Positions 63,072-64,000 of a stretch of 64,000 nucleotides of DNA are shown piece by piece. Below the pieces are notes generated by a model. The model was not told the origin of the DNA, made no database searches, and was given only the letters and a program-made list of their open reading frames with translations. Each line of letters opens with the position of its first letter. Positions within the stretch are counted from its first letter, which is position 1. The translations under genes and the position numbers were made by a program. The DNA comes from Octopus sinensis (taxonomy: Eukaryota): contig NC_043025.1 of the NCBI RefSeq assembly GCF_006345805.1, positions 15,128,001 through 15,192,000 on the forward strand. The letters run 5' to 3'.

Positions 63072-63118
<47 letters not shown>

Positions 63119-63318
63119 TATATATATATATATGTATATAGCTTGTATATATACAAATTCATTAAATCGTTCTTCATATTATATATACATATATTTGTTT
63201 CTGTCGGTGCGTGATTAATATATGTGTTTGTGTGTAATTGCTCATATATATGGTGCCTAGATACCGATATATAGATGTACAGATAGCTATATATGTCTAC
63301 ATATATATATATATAACC

Positions 63319-63357
<39 letters not shown>

Positions 63358-63632
63358 CAATGGAAGATTGCAGGCCACTACATCTCAGATTGACTTTTAT
63401 ATTCCTCATCAACAGCCAAATGAAATAATTCCAGGCTTGACCTCGACATAATTTGAACCCAGAACAGAGAAATAACGACATTAGATTCCTCCAACAACTT
63501 ATATTGCCCGTCCCATCCTCATATATACACATTATATCATTATATATATATATATATATACATACATATATATATATATGTGTGTGTGTCTTTGTTTCAG
63601 ATTGTAGATATCGAAATAGGCATTCGTATATC

Positions 63633-63702
<70 letters not shown>

Positions 63703-63886
63703 CACATGCGTGCATGTGTATATATTTATTTGACTATATATTCGTGTTTGAATTTGGGTATATATTCGGTCTGTTTCTCTCTCTCTCTCTCACATATTCG
63801 AGTGTGTGCGTGTGGAGACATATATTTTGAAATATACATTCGTGTATGTGTATTTGCCCATAGATGTGTGTATATATGTATATATA

Positions 63887-63926
<40 letters not shown>

Positions 63927-64000
63927 GTACGCGTATATTCGAATGTGTATATATTGATGTAGAGATCCGTGTGTTTGTGTGTGTATATACATACACATAT

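Overview
Repeat-saturated eukaryotic (not prokaryotic) DNA. The SINE families, (TA)n/(CA)n/(AAT)n density and TE mix are most consistent with an Octopus genome (inference). The only host-gene coding sequence I can support is a 29-codon first exon at 62608-62694 resembling the HIP1/HIP1R N-terminus. There is also one intact intron-containing tRNA-Ile(UAU) gene at 29749-29863. The rest is transposable elements and microsatellites: an IR/DR Tc1 element, an internally deleted 5.1-kb Helitron with both termini plus four short Helitrons, seven copies of a GG-terminal MITE with 8-bp TSDs and TTAGGG repeats, R4/Dong, RTE, CR1 and CRE-like LINE fragments, mariner/maT fragments, about six SINE families and many Penelope-like elements (PLEs). 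The most striking hidden layer is a set of minimal type I hammerhead ribozymes from several PLE families. About seven have intact or covarying cores (U3-A8 and U4C variants, palindromic stem III), and several decayed ones sit in small head-to-head palindromes. All folds were assigned by eye and none is shown to cleave. Most ORFs in the supplied track are microsatellite artefacts. Coordinates of degraded repeats are approximate.
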